DNA from: Klebsormidium nitens
Taxonomy: Eukaryota; Plantae; Klebsormidiophyceae
DNA: 64,000 nucleotides
Direction: 5' to 3'
Assembly (NCBI GenBank): GCA_000708835.1
Contig: DF237045.1
Coordinates: 1-64,000, forward strand
Within the stretch, counting starts at the first letter, position 1; every line of letters begins with the position of its first letter. Shown here piece after piece: positions 10,838-23,392 of the stretch. A model generated the notes under the pieces. That model saw nothing but the letters and a program-made list of their open reading frames with translations. It was not told where the DNA came from and made no database searches. A program made the position numbers and the translations under genes.

Positions 10838-13800
10838 ATGAGGTCTGTCAGGCTGCCTGTTGTTGTGATTGCAGTTGCTCTTCTCGTAGTTGCGAAGCGG
10901 AGTCTACTCGGCGCTTTGGACTGGGATTCATCAGATGACGCATCAGGATTCAGATACCAGGTTACAAGGCAAGGGAATGGCATGTCTGCAGGAGAAAGTG
11001 GCGCTTCAGGGGATAAATGGAGCAGGCAAGTAGTGCAGCCTGTCTTGGTAAACATAGGTATAGAATGCATCATGTTGTCCCACTTTGTATAGGCGCTTAC
11101 GAGACTGCTTTTTAAGTCAGAAGAGATGATAGCTGAATCATCGAAGGGTATGAAAGTCTGATGTGTTTCTTGAAATTTACAACTCAAGGGGTCAAAGCAG
11201 CCATCGGCTTGTGAAGAGACCACATGTCTGGCTGAAGTCAGTCGCCAAACCAGCTTTTGCATGTACACAATGTTCTGCCTTGTCAGAGTCTCAATTCAAG
11301 CCTTTAAGATTGACTGCACAAGTGTTTGAAACAGAAGTACCAACGTTTCCCCATGCCCTGCTTGTAGCTGTCGCCCAGACCAGCTTATCTACGTCTACGA
11401 CCTCCCCCCTCAGTTCAACGTTGACCTCACTACAAAAGAGTGCAATCTTTGGTGGTGGGCCCACCCCCGCAACGCTTGCGTCGTTTACTCTGGGGAGCAC
11501 TGGGGAATTGGCCCCCCCCTCCGGGACAAGAAGTTTTCTGCCCTGGGAACCGATGAGAAGCTTTGGGCGGACACCGGCCAGCACGCGCTCGAGGTTATGT
11601 TCCATCATGTGAGCTTCCCAGTCGGTTTGTAGAGGAAGTAAGCTAAGCCTTATGGGAATCATTGTTTGGTCGTAGGATCATACTCTGGGGGCACTGATTG
11701 TTTACTCATCTGAGGCTTGCTTGGGTTCCCCGTTCTCATTTGCTTACATCAGAACTTCCAACCGTTCTTGAGGATTGGCATATTGTAAACCGCTTCTGCT
11801 CTCTCTGATGCACTGAACCAAGCACGTTCCAATGGAGCAGCCTTCGGTGTTCCAAAGGTCGGAGCTTCGAGAGACCGCCTTTCATGTACACTTGCAAGGT
11901 TCCTGACAAGGTCGTCACTCGACCATGTGCACATGCCGATAGAGGCTGTCTCGGCAGAATACAAACTATCTTCTTTGGTCCGGAAAATACTCGGAGGTTT
12001 CCTTTTTTTGGCAGTTTTTGCTGAAACTAGTCCCCTGAGTAGTTTCCCAATGTTATCTTCTCTGCAGTATCTGGAGAAACTCTACCCATGTCGGACTCTC
12101 GACCCAGAAGCGGCGGCGGCGTTCTACGTCCCGCTCTACGCGGGCAACCTTTGGCACGCGCAAACTGCGCATGAGTGCGGCTCAAACCAGACATGCTGCC
12201 CGACAGTTCCAACACTGGCGCGGCTGAGTTCGGAGCTCGACGCAGCGCTCAAGCGGCTGCCGTATATTGGAAGGTGAGCTGGGAGGAGGGATGATATCCT
12301 GATGCGGTGTAAGAATAGCTTCTAGAAGTAAAGTTGGTCAAGGCGTGCTGGACTGACTCATGTCGACCGACCGTTTGTGCCCGAATCAGATTGAGGATCT
12401 CGGATCTCAACGATCGAACTAGAGAACGGTCAACTTTGGAGGTCTTCAGTCCGCTGGTCGGCAGTTGACTGAAACCTCGTTCGCTGCGGGTTCTGTACAA
12501 TCTCGAAGCAGAGTTCCGCTTTAGGGTTTGTGTCACCTCTGGGTTTATGGAGAGGTCTTTTGTTCAGCCATCCGTTGGCTCTTAGTGCGCCACGTAATTC
12601 AAAGGCTGCCATGTCGTGCAATGCAACGGAAGCCGACTCAATCACCGCCATTTTGAGGTAACGCCAGCCAGAGCCTGAAGAGGAATATTAACCGAAGCCC
12701 TAACCTCTTGACTGCTGTAAGAACTTCACACGTGCATGAACCCTATGCCCCGGGGTCAGCTTTGTCCGCAGGGTTTTGTATGCTAGCGTTTTCAACGCTT
12801 CCTCACCCGAAATCTTCCAGCTCATCCGGCCCTCCTGTAACGCAGGCACGAGGGGCGAGACCACTTCGTTACGATGGCCTTGAGTACTTACTTTGGTGTC
12901 AAGAACTCGACGTGCTGCGATTCGGGTCTGCTCAACACACCATACACAAGGGCGATGACCATATTGGGGACGCAGCCAGCCGAAGGCCACAAGGACCGCC
13001 AGGTGAGTCGTCAGCATGCGTATGGGGTGCGTCCCTACCTCATAGACATCGAATCATGGAACCCTCATCATTTTGTTTTCAAAAACCCTTCGTTTCTGAG
13101 GCTCCGATTGCAGTCTGCGTTAGAATGTCAAACCCGACGCTCAATGTTAGCATCGACCTTCTATGTTGGGCGTTCGGATAACGAACGGCAGAGCAAAACA
13201 ATCTGAATCAATTTCGAATTGTCCTTTCTTAGGACACTTTAAGATCTCACAATTGCTGATGACTTCTTCGGTTGCTAAATGTACGCATAGGCAGGACAAC
13301 GCCCCAACGGATGTCAAAACAGTGGACTTGTCTCGTGATCAGTTGACGTAGGGAGGTTTCGTATCAGACCACGGGCGTTTCCTGCAGATTTGATGGGCAA
13401 TTCACAAGTTGCGGCAGACACAAGCACCAGATGCTTAACGTACGTACTGGTATTCAGATTTCGGATGCCGATCTCCGTCTGGTCCTTCTTCTTCAGGTCA
13501 ACATTCCCTACCCCACCGCCTTCCACCCAGTCTCTCTTTCCGACGTGACATCCCACCAGTCTCTCATCACCGCATCCGACCGTCCTTTCTTTGTGAGCTT
13601 CGCCGGATCGTTGAACCGCACGTGGGGCCTTAACTCCGGTCGAGACGTGCGGGCGGCGCTCAAAGAGCAGTGCGATCTGCAGCCGGACACGTGTCATCTC
13701 CTCGTTTGCGCCAAGTTTGAGTGCAGCATAGCGGAGAATGTCGAGCTGTACTTGAGGTCCACGTTTTGCCTGCAACCCCCGGGCGACTCGCCGACGCGCC

Positions 13801-14756
13801 GCGGCGTCTTTGATGCTATCCAGGTATGTTTAACAGAAGCGCTTCGCTGTCTTTCCTCAAGGTTTCCTAAATCCTGACTGGAAATGTACTGCAAGATTGG
13901 TTCTCTTTTCAAGGTCAGGAGAGTGCATTGACGACTTCCCTCGGTAAACGAAAAAAAGGTTCCGCCGTGATAAAGTTAAGTCCCTTGACGTTCCCCCTGG
14001 CAACAAAGGGACTACTTGCACTGAACGTGTAGATGAAGCAGTCGTCAGCAGAGAATGGCAAAGGAGCAATTGACAGATCTTTGCCCAAATCATTCTGGTG
14101 GGCTGCTCCTGATTGGCATAGTGACCTTTTTTGAGGTTTTGCACGGACCATCTGATCGCGCCTCGTCTATTAGTCGGCCAGGATGTTCCACTTTCGTTCT
14201 CAATATCACCGCTTCGTTCGCTTCAATGATTGTTTCGGCGCACTTCAGAGTAGCAACTGGCCAGTGGCCACCGATCTGAAGTTGAATGGAGCAGCCGCCT
14301 TCGTGTAAGATCTTTCAAGCGCTATCAACGGTGTGCTAGAGGTTTAAAATTAGGGTGACCGTTTGACCGTTTCTGATATCTCTTGTCCAGGCGGGATGCG
14401 TTCCTGTCCTCTTCATGCACGAAACCGTCAGCCCATACGTCGAGTTTCTACCCGAATTGGACAAGTACTCTATATTTATTCCCATGGACGACGTAATTCG
14501 GAAAGGGGTGAACGTAATCGAGTCGCTTAAGAAGGTCTCCAATGGGGAGATTGTAGCGAAACGCGAATGCATGGCCAGCATTCTGCCACGTTTAGTATAT
14601 AGAAACGTTTTGCGCACGCTGGAATCTGAAGGAGGTCTCGAAGGTCCTGATATCAGAGCAAAGCTCCTGGCGGAATGGACAGGTGCATACGAGGTAGCAG
14701 TACAGGCGGCTCTAGCAAAGATGCAGCATAGGGTCCGGAAGAAGGATGACCAATAG
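10838..14756 (+). CDS. GT47 exostosin-family glycosyltransferase, MUR3/XLT2 (GT47-A)-like, paralog b
   Basis: TM anchor MRSVRLPVVVIAVALLVVA. Motifs LIYVYDLPPQFN, DTGQHALEVMFHH, YPCRTLDPEAAAAFYVPLYAG, EGRDHF, VNIPYPTAFHP, STFCLQPPGDSPTRRGVFDAIQ, AGCVPVLF, ILPRLVY. The resolved intron positions match paralog a; stop at 14754-14756. Confidence 0.92.
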
Positions 14757-15749
14757 TTATGAGAGAACAATCTAGGCAAGGGGCTCGAGGAAGTTCATTT
14801 GTGCGTTATTATAGCTAGGGGCTTTAAAACACTGAATGAGATTGGTGTAGGCGATACAGTCTCAATCAACGCTTCAGATAAGAAAAGTTAGTATATCGCA
14901 TGTTTCAATGCTGCCTATCGGCAGTTGCAAGTAGCGTGGGTTTGGCGGATTGCCCTGAACCTCATGCTATGGAACGGTCTAGTGACACTGACGCACTGAC
15001 TATGACCGACTCCAGCTTTGAAGACAACGGCGCACCGTCTAGCTGAACGCAAGAACGTGTCGGCTGCATCATGGAAGGCAGCGCGTTGCCGCCACTGGGC
15101 ACTGGACTGTCACAATCTCGTTCATCTCGTCACACTGCGCTTGCACCTAAGACAAGCAAGGGCAAGGGGCACTAGCTGCAGCTAGCATGCAATGGGAGCA
15201 TGTGAGAAAGCATGAATTTGAGCATCCGCCCGTAGCCGCTTATCCGGGCAGGTTCGCGCCTGGGTATAGATGCCGGTTGTCCCCTCGGCTTCCGTATAAA
15301 CCGAGGAAAAGGGTCCCGTCGGCATACCGTTTCTGAGCCGGTCAATGTCAAAAAATAAGAAGTGGTCCGGATTTACACGCATAGGATATGAAGGCTCTTG
15401 CTCGATCCAAGCTGGGCACTGCATTGGCACCGGCAGCATTCTTCGAGCTTTCAAGTTGCACAAGTTCCCAAGTTTTGCTTGGCATCAAAGCTTGCATGGC
15501 GCAAGAAGCTGGTGAAGAATTTTGTTGATGGATGACCAGCAAGCAACACTTCTAAGGCCCTTCTAAGGCCTGCATGAATCCCTGCATGTAGTTGGCGCAT
15601 TCAAATCCAGGTCATGCTCTTACGCCAGCGGAGCTTCAACATAGTAAATCTGCTCAATGACCTAGCATGAAAGCGTCACCGTGAATGTCCAGAAGGCAGC
15701 CACAGCTCCCTCTTCCAGCTTTGAAGTCCTTGGCTTTGCTGGGCAAGCC

Positions 15750-17772
15750 ATGCTTCTCCCACAACTCAGACACAATGTCACCAAAAGGCTGCTCTTGAGC
15801 GGACGACCGTTGCTAGTGTACCACTACCGGCACCTGAATACAGAGAGCTCTGATTCGGGCGTGGAGGCCCTGATTGAGCAGAACTTGGCTCCAAGAACAA
15901 CCACTGTAGAGGAGGCTGCGAGGGCAGTTACAAGCACACGGAGAGAAGCACTGTCTCTGTGAGTGCGCAGTTCTGATTGACCCCTCAAGCTGTGGGCTGT
16001 TCTGCTGATCTTCATGTGAGCAATGCATGCAAAGGGCCGTTACAGGGAAGAGGTGCATTGTCAGTCTGTTCAGTGGAAGCCCTTGGGCAAGATATAGAGA
16101 AAGAATTCAGTGTCTGCCGGCAACTTTGAAACTGTTCAGTTGGAGGAGGCATCTGAGAGAATCTATCTGAGCAGGAAGTCGAGGCCACTTCTAAAAGCTG
16201 CCTCTGAAGAAATCCAACGACCTTTCGCAGGTACCGATCCATCTTGCGTGGCTCTCGCTTTTTTGTGTGGACAAATAAAAATGGGGTTCTCTGGTAAGCG
16301 GCACCATCTCAGCAATAATTCAAAACCCCAGGAATCAACTTTACATGTCGAACAAAGATGGCTGAGATTTTGGAGTGATGGAAGCCTTCTGTCTACTAAG
16401 CATGGATCTAAACCTCACAGGCTAGCCCCCCTGTCCAGTCAAGCTTCTAAAACTCGAATCAAAGGTGTCTTGCTAGTTAATTTGGGCATTCGACTCCTGA
16501 AACGAGCTGCTTACCCTCCCCTTTGTCACTGCACAACAAACCCGCAATTATATCATAGGCGAATGAAGGAGAGGGTTTTACAACGCTCCTTTTCTTACTT
16601 ACAGGAAGGATATGATTCAACAAAGTGCCAGAAGCGAGTTTGAGGCCGCACGGCATGAGACGGACCCTGAAGTGGTAAGCTTGTGCAAAACCAGTGTTCT
16701 TCTCTTTCAGGACGTTTCCATGTCCACGAGGTTGACTGCCTTCCTTTTCTTTTCGCTTTGATGAGTCTCGGGGACCTTTTTCAAGTCATTTCCTGGATAG
16801 CTCCGGAACCATTCTTGCCTACAGTAGAAACTTTTTGGCCACGCTTGCCTGATGAGGTACAAGCGACGGAAGCACTTTGCCATCAACCAACACTGGCAGA
16901 TAGGCTGCCGTTTGATTGCAAACGTACCTTTCAAGTTCTTACAACCTTTCGTCTTGTGCGATGTATCTCTCGCCTTGTCTTCCTTTGAAGTTCTCAGTCC
17001 ATCGGTCCTGCTCTTTCTCGGTCATGAGCACTGCTGACAGGCAGATATTCAAACCGATTCTCGTCAGAGACTTCGGTACTTTCTTGACTAACTCATTCAT
17101 GGTTGCTCCAGGTCACTCGCCTCATCATCGGTGGGAGGGACGCAGTGGAAAAGGCTTTAGAGAAGGCAAGTCGTCTCGGTATTTTGGCAGGAAGCTTTCA
17201 GATACTGCAGCCGTGGTTTTCAAGGCCGTTTGATTTTTTTGAACTCCGAATAGTTCGTTAGGAGTCATTATTCTAGTTGGACCCGCCCTGGAAAACGTGA
17301 CTACTATTAATTAACTTCACATTCAGTTTACTGATCAAGGCACTAATCAGAGGGCGCCTAGTGGCTTCAAACCGGAGCTAGAGGAACCGGGGACGAACCA
17401 GGGCGTTCCGCTCCGGGAAAGTGGCGGACGAACCGGAGTAGGGATCTTGCTCCTTTGTGATGTTGCACGTGTCTTAAGAAATCTCACCTGAAGCTTCGAA
17501 CCCCCAGTAGGAATCGGTCAACAGTGATGAACTTCCTGATTGGAAGTCGTCCCTGCGAAGACGGTTGTGGCTGCACAAGAAGCCGACTGCAAGGGGAAAT
17601 CGAACCTCAGCTTTTGTCCCCCGAACAGAAGAGATTTAAAGTTCATGCTTACTGAAAGGTCTCTGTACACACATGTGACTTTTACTGAGAAAACATGCCC
17701 TGGCTCTTCTTGCAGTTCATCGACAAGACAAAGCAGATTGTCGAACACGACACGCCCGTCCCAAATGGATAG
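15750..17772 (+). CDS. Complex1_LYR-family (LYRM) protein, probably mitochondrial
   Basis: Spliced product ...TSTRREALSLYRSILRGSRFFVWTNKNGVLWKDMIQQSARSEFEAARHETDPEVVTRLIIGGRDAVEKALEKFIDKTKQIVEHDTPVPNG*. Exons ~15750-15958, 16231-16293, 16605-16674, 17112-17165, 17716-17772. LYR motif present; Arg/Leu-rich presequence. Confidence 0.88.
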
Positions 17773-18200
17773 AGTCCTTGCGGACTTCCCGTTCCGAGAC
17801 CACTCGCTCTCGTCGACTTGAGCTAGCATCAGAGTCTGTCAGGAAAGCGGCTTGAGTATAGACTTCTCACTTATGCGGAACGAGGTGTTCTTAAGGGCCC
17901 CTTGGTAAGACCCGGCAGCATTCAAGTAAGCCAAGTTACGAAGGACCTCGACATGTACGTCCGATCTTGCGTTAGCGGAAAGTCGAAAGCGAAGCTCGGA
18001 ACCTGTCAGAAACGTAAGCATGACAAGCACGTTGGATCGTCCATAAAGAAGCTGGTCGGATCCGCGCGTATTCTGCGAAGATAACTGTAGGGACTTCAGC
18101 GAACAGCGGTAAGCGATCGCTGTTTTAGTCTGATTATTAATGTAATACCTAAACCTGCTCGAAGGCCTGGTACTTCCGAGCCTGAACTAAACTTACCGAT

Positions 18201-18590
18201 CATGCATGGGCTCTTCCTCTCGATCACACCTTTGAAAGGCGCATCGATCATATGGAGTGGGCCTATATCTCTCGATCGTGCCTTGGATTCAGTAGCTAGA
18301 TATATATGCACTGGCATGATGTAACTTATTAAAGCCAGCGTCACGTACCGTCCGGGGGTCTAAATCTGCCACAATTACATGGCTAGGGCCGCCTTGCCGC
18401 CACGTGTACTGAGCTGATGGGCAATATATATTTACTTGCATGGGCCTGCGCTGTCGGATCAGGCGGTCGAGCTATAGTACGCCGCTGCGCGAGGGGCGCG
18501 TGCCATGCCAGCATGTCCAATCCCATGGCCGGCGCGTACAGCACATGATGCATGCAAAGGTCCACGGATGACTATGGCAAACCACGTGAC
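18201..18590. other. CATG/RY-motif-rich intergenic island 2 with two G-boxes
   Basis: 10 CATG in 18201-18554 and two CCACGTG (~18399, ~18582); between the convergent LYR and CENP-C genes. Confidence 0.55.
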
Positions 18591-19073
18591 AGCGGCCTCT
18601 CCGAGATTGGAACGTCTATCATTGGACGACGTGAATATAACTAGACTAGATACGCAGGCAGGCATTGTATGATCGAGCAGAAGTCAAATGAAATATTGAC
18701 AGGTATTGCCCGCCGGAATCAATATGGCATGATTTAGCTCAAGGACAGGGCGCTCGAGAAACTTTGAACGCCAACACCGTACCTTTTTAAGAGCGTGATG
18801 TTTCTTCGAGGATCGAGCACTCAGTTCGTAGCTACTGCTAAGGAGAAGCACACGTCAACTTGAATCGTGCATTTACATATCTCAAGCGCATCCTTCAATA
18901 AGATTCTTGCCTACAGCGGGTCGCTGCTGCAACGACATGATTGCATTCCAGTCTCACCGCCATTAAGAAACTGACAAGTACTGAAACCTACATATTAGCG
19001 ATTGTCATGCATGTGCTGCTAAGCAATATTCACAACCAGCGGTTGCCAAATGCCCTGTCATTGCATCTACTCA

Positions 19074-22000
19074 TCAAAGCTTGTGAGTCGAGCTGCAAGT
19101 CAAAGCCGGGAACTTAGCAGCAGCTTTTCCCTTCCGCAGCTTCGCTGCAATCGTGCCGTCATTTCTGGGCCAGATGGGGTCGGGAGAAAGCAGATTTCTT
19201 CTCGCAATAGTGGGAAGGCCTGCGAAACACATACAAGTAGCCGGTTGAAAACGGACGCTTCACTCCACAAAGTAAAGTGGGGAAAGCCGCATACGAATCA
19301 AGTCGCAATCTAAAGAGCAGTGATACAATAATGGCACATGCATATGAAATAAATGCGATTGTTCTCTCAAGGAAGCGATTCAAAGTCGCCGCCTGACACT
19401 CAACCCACTTGTCGAAGTCACAAGGATACATCGACTTCCAAGTAAGCAGTCAGCATTTCGAGGATAATATCCTCTATGATTCACATGCTGAATGCCGATG
19501 CCCCACGGATCCTTCCAAAACAGGTTTCGTAATGTCATGCGCTTTTTCCCGTTCGTACAACTCCTTCTCACATGCTTAATGCCGATGCCCACACAGATAC
19601 TTCCTAGATAAGTTTCAGGAAGGTTGCTTACTGTCATACGCCCTTTCCCATTCGTACGACTCGTTCCGCCACCACTCCAGGGGGCGCAGCGGGACCCGCG
19701 TGGTTCTCCGGACGCCCTTGTCGAAGATCAAGCCCGCTCCTGACGGTGCAATATATCAAGTTTGATCTTCTGATTTCTCTTGCATAAGAGCACGTTCTGA
19801 GACAGCTTTTCGAAATCAGAAGTTTCTTCCACACTTCTCTCTAAACGGTCACATTGGTATCATTTCCTCGCTGATGCAAGAAATGAGACCCAACAAGACC
19901 ATGCCCCCACGGCTGCTACAGTTCTGGAGCAATGGAGAGGTTGCCCCAGCAAACTCTTTGAATAGAGACGGCAATACGGTCGTCTCCTCCGGACAGCCGA
20001 CAAGCCCGAACACCTTTCTTTGATTTAATGGTAAAGTTAAAAAGCCAAGAAGACGATTAACAGCGCATCTTCAACGTCTCTCGTGCTCAACAGACTTTTT
20101 TTCTTTTGTTGCACTTACCTGCGAGACTCTTCCTGCTCTTCTGAATCCTCGACTTGGGCCGCCGGACCTCGGCCGGCTTCCGCTTTTCATATGGAACCAG
20201 GGCGTGGTCCTCTGCCGGGGATTGCGCCTGGGGCGCAGGCGCAACGTCTGTGATAGGGGGATCTGGAACCGGTTCCTGAACTCAGAATACAGGCGGGTAT
20301 GAATCAGATCAGAAGCACTGAGAAGCACGACCTTCGGGCTCCGCATGTATTAGACTTTTATGCCGTTATCCACTGACTTTCATGGGAGGAACAGCGAACC
20401 GTGTTTGACCTGCAGTTCAACTCGTCGAAGGGAAAGGGAAGGGACGACGATGCTGCTACAAGACCGACATCGATCTCAGGCTTGAAGCAACCCCAGAAGA
20501 ATCGCCTTCGTCGGTTGCAGAAGGTGACCATGCTGAACATTGGTGCCGGCTACGTCCTTGTCTGAAGACATGCGCTGAAAAGCGAATCACAGAGAGGATC
20601 ACATCGAATACAGGCAGGCACGACAGATAGCAACAACAGATGCCAAACGTCACTCACCTCTGGCGGATCGTCCAGCACTTCCGGCTGATCGTCGTCTTCA
20701 GCGCCCCCCCCTTCGGGCTGCCCCGCATCCACCGGGCTCCCAAACGCCAGCTTGCGCGGGCCCTGCTCCCCCTCCCCGGAGCCAACCGTATCAGCCGGGG
20801 GGGGCGAATCCTCCACTGTGGGAAAGTCAATGTCATCCGCAATCTGCGCAGCCATCGCCATGGCCGCATTCACATCCTGGGGGAGGGGGCTGCCGTCATC
20901 ACCCCCTCTCTCTGAACCGGGGGGTTGGGGTTGCTTTTCAACCGAAACTGGCTCACGGTTAGGAACAGGGGGGAGGGCCAGAACGGGGGGATGGATGTGC
21001 GGCCGGTCTGCAAGCGCCAGGAGCTCAAGCGAGGGGGTAGTTTGGGTGCCGCCGTCAGACATCGCCCCCGCTCTAGTTACTGCGGCGCCGACCTTTGCGA
21101 GGAGCCGCTCGGCAATCTTCTGGGCCTGGGCGGACAAGCTGGTGTGTGATGCGGCGCTCTTTGGGAGGGGGGTGATCTGTGTTGGAACAGGGGAGACTGC
21201 CGACTCGGTTTGTGCTTGGACAGGGGGTTCAGGGAGAGGCGCACTCTCTGCCAGGACCGGAGGTGGAGGTGGGGCTGCATTTTGTGTTTCGGGGGGAGCG
21301 GGCCTCTCAAGGCCCGGGCCGTCAAAGAGGGGGTTTGTCTTCCAGGCTCCGTTGGCTGCAAGAAGGGAGACAGTGTCAGCATAGGGCGAGCAGCCCTCAT
21401 GGGGGAACATGTCTTGCTATGAGGCTGTTTGAGGGTGGAGTGGCCATTTGCGAAACTTTGATAGAGATTACCAAGGTTTTGAAGGGACAGGTCGCAGAAT
21501 CTGCATGTTTCCAGCTTTCACCCCAACTATCGTACCGAGAAAAGCTCAGTTTTACTTGAGCGGGCAACTGAATATTGTGAAAGCTGCGAGTAAGTAGGCT
21601 GCTCTGAATGAAGCTTTACAGACTGTCTGGCGCTACTGCAAGCAAGACTGAGATCCGCATATGACCGCAAACAACTGGGATGTAAGTTGACCTGGAAAAA
21701 CCAATTGGGAAAAGCGATGTCTCACAAGTTTCTTAGCAGGTCACGATCGATCAAATCCGAGACTCACCCTCCGCCGCCATCTCTCCTGCCCTTCCTTCCT
21801 CGTCCTCTCCCAAATCCCCCATCTCACCACCGCCGCCAAAATCAAGGTCCTCCATGACATCATCGTCCGAGTCCAGCTCCATAGCCTGGGGCCCCATGGA
21901 CTGCCGCTTCCCCGCCAGCGACTGCCTCCTCTGCCGGCTCGCCCGCTCTAGTTGCCTCTGCGCGGAGCGCTCGGCTCTCTGCCGCGCCAGCTCCTGGTTC

Positions 22001-23392
22001 CTGGCTTCCCACTCAATCTCGCTGTCACTGTCGTCTCGCTGCTGAGCGAGCTGCTTCAGGTCCAGGCCGAAAGTCCGCTTGCGAGCGACCCTGCGGGAGC
22101 CTTCCCTTCTCAAGCCTCTGCCCTTGGGACGGGGCTTGGACAGGTAGAGAGCAAGGGCGTCCATGCGGGGGGGGGTGTTCTCCTGCTCAGCTGGCTCCCC
22201 TGGGAACAATAAAGCCGACTGCATAAGGTATGGCTCCATGCCAGCAGTGTTTACCAGGCAGCTTTGCTGTGAGAAGGGACAATTTGGTGACAATGATCTT
22301 GACTCGACCTGGCCTGACCTAACCGCACCTACAGGACTGAACCCTTGGACACTTGCTTTATTCATACTTGGAGTGCCGGCAGACTGCCTATCTGACATAG
22401 ACCACAAGCAAGTTGGCTGGCAAATGCTTACCAGCCATTTGTCCAGACACCGCCTTTGCAAGCTTGATCCATCTAGAGTTGTCGGTGCCATTGTGCATCT
22501 CTGTGGCTGCTTCGTGTTGACCTCCGCCATGTCTGGTTGATTGAAAAGGTCCACTTTTGAAGCACGTCTTTGAATTTCATGATCTTGTGAGGAGTTATGC
22601 ACGAAGCATAGCTTGTTTGAGTGGACTATTCTGCGATTGGACGGACTACAGGATCCTGCATTCTTTGTGAGCTGTAAAGCTGTGCAACATTGTCTGAGCT
22701 TGCTTTGCAATCCCTACCATTCATCACCAAGCATTCCTAGTTGGCCCAGTCTTCTAGGGAGGGTGATCGCACCTCATTTGGACCGAGGTCTGTGAAGTGG
22801 TTCTTTGATGCAGCGGCTCCGCCATTTGTGTTCCAAAACCGTTGATATGGCTCTGCAAGATCATCAATGGGGGCAACAATTTCAAGTGCACTGCCAGATA
22901 GTCATGGCCTCACACATTGGAGACTAAGAGCTGCACCATTTAGTTACTCAAATTGCAGTCTACAACAAGGAGAGGGTCCAGAATCTTTTGGCATCACAAT
23001 CTGCGTACTTAATTGTGAAGTTATCAAACTGTCTAAAAGCAGCTTGCATGGATCAGGCTAAAAGTATCTGTCAAGCAGGAGCTGTGCAGGGGTCAATCAT
23101 TTGCGCCTCCTGCTTTCAAATTTTCTGCTCAAAGGCTCTATTGATAGTTTGAGCTGGCTCTAAACGGCGTGAAAAGCGTGGGGCAATTCATCTAGCTCAC
23201 CTTCGATCCCAGATACTCATGTAGATAAAGAGTGTCCCCATCCTTATCAACATGCTCCAGGTTGGCCAAACCTTTGAAATGCATAGGCATAAGTTCATTG
23301 AGGTCGTCTTTGCCGGCATCTCTGGTCATCGAGTGCATCTGCGCCATGCTTGTACCTCTGTGTGTGCCACCTACATTTTGGGTTGCATCCAC
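19074..23392 (-). CDS. CENP-C: Centromere protein C, plant type; 5' end uncertain and may extend further upstream
   Basis: Exon 19632-19739 encodes GAGLIFDKGVRRTTRVPLRPLEWWRNESYEWERAYD (CENP-C motif). It is preceded by an exon ending RKSLA and followed by SLPTIARRNLLSP...HKL* (stop 19074-19076). Long low-complexity acidic/Pro-rich exons at ~20660-21370 and ~21770-22700. Confidence 0.85.

Noticed and set aside
15182-15463. Protein-like minus-strand ORF (HFLFFDIDRLRNG)
   Set aside because: No recognisable family, splice context or partner exons.
17355-17450. tRNA-Sec-like GGCTTCAAACC and repeated AACCGG motifs in the LYR intron
   Set aside because: The anticodon stem pairs only 2-3 bp and there is no D arm, T arm or acceptor stem.
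20752-21559. Plus-strand ORFs of 126-210 aa; likewise 33093-33566 (-), 37853-38257 (+), 49075-50215 (-)
   Set aside because: Antisense shadows of GC-rich exons of CENP-C, the SAM gene, ABC1K and PPR-SMR.
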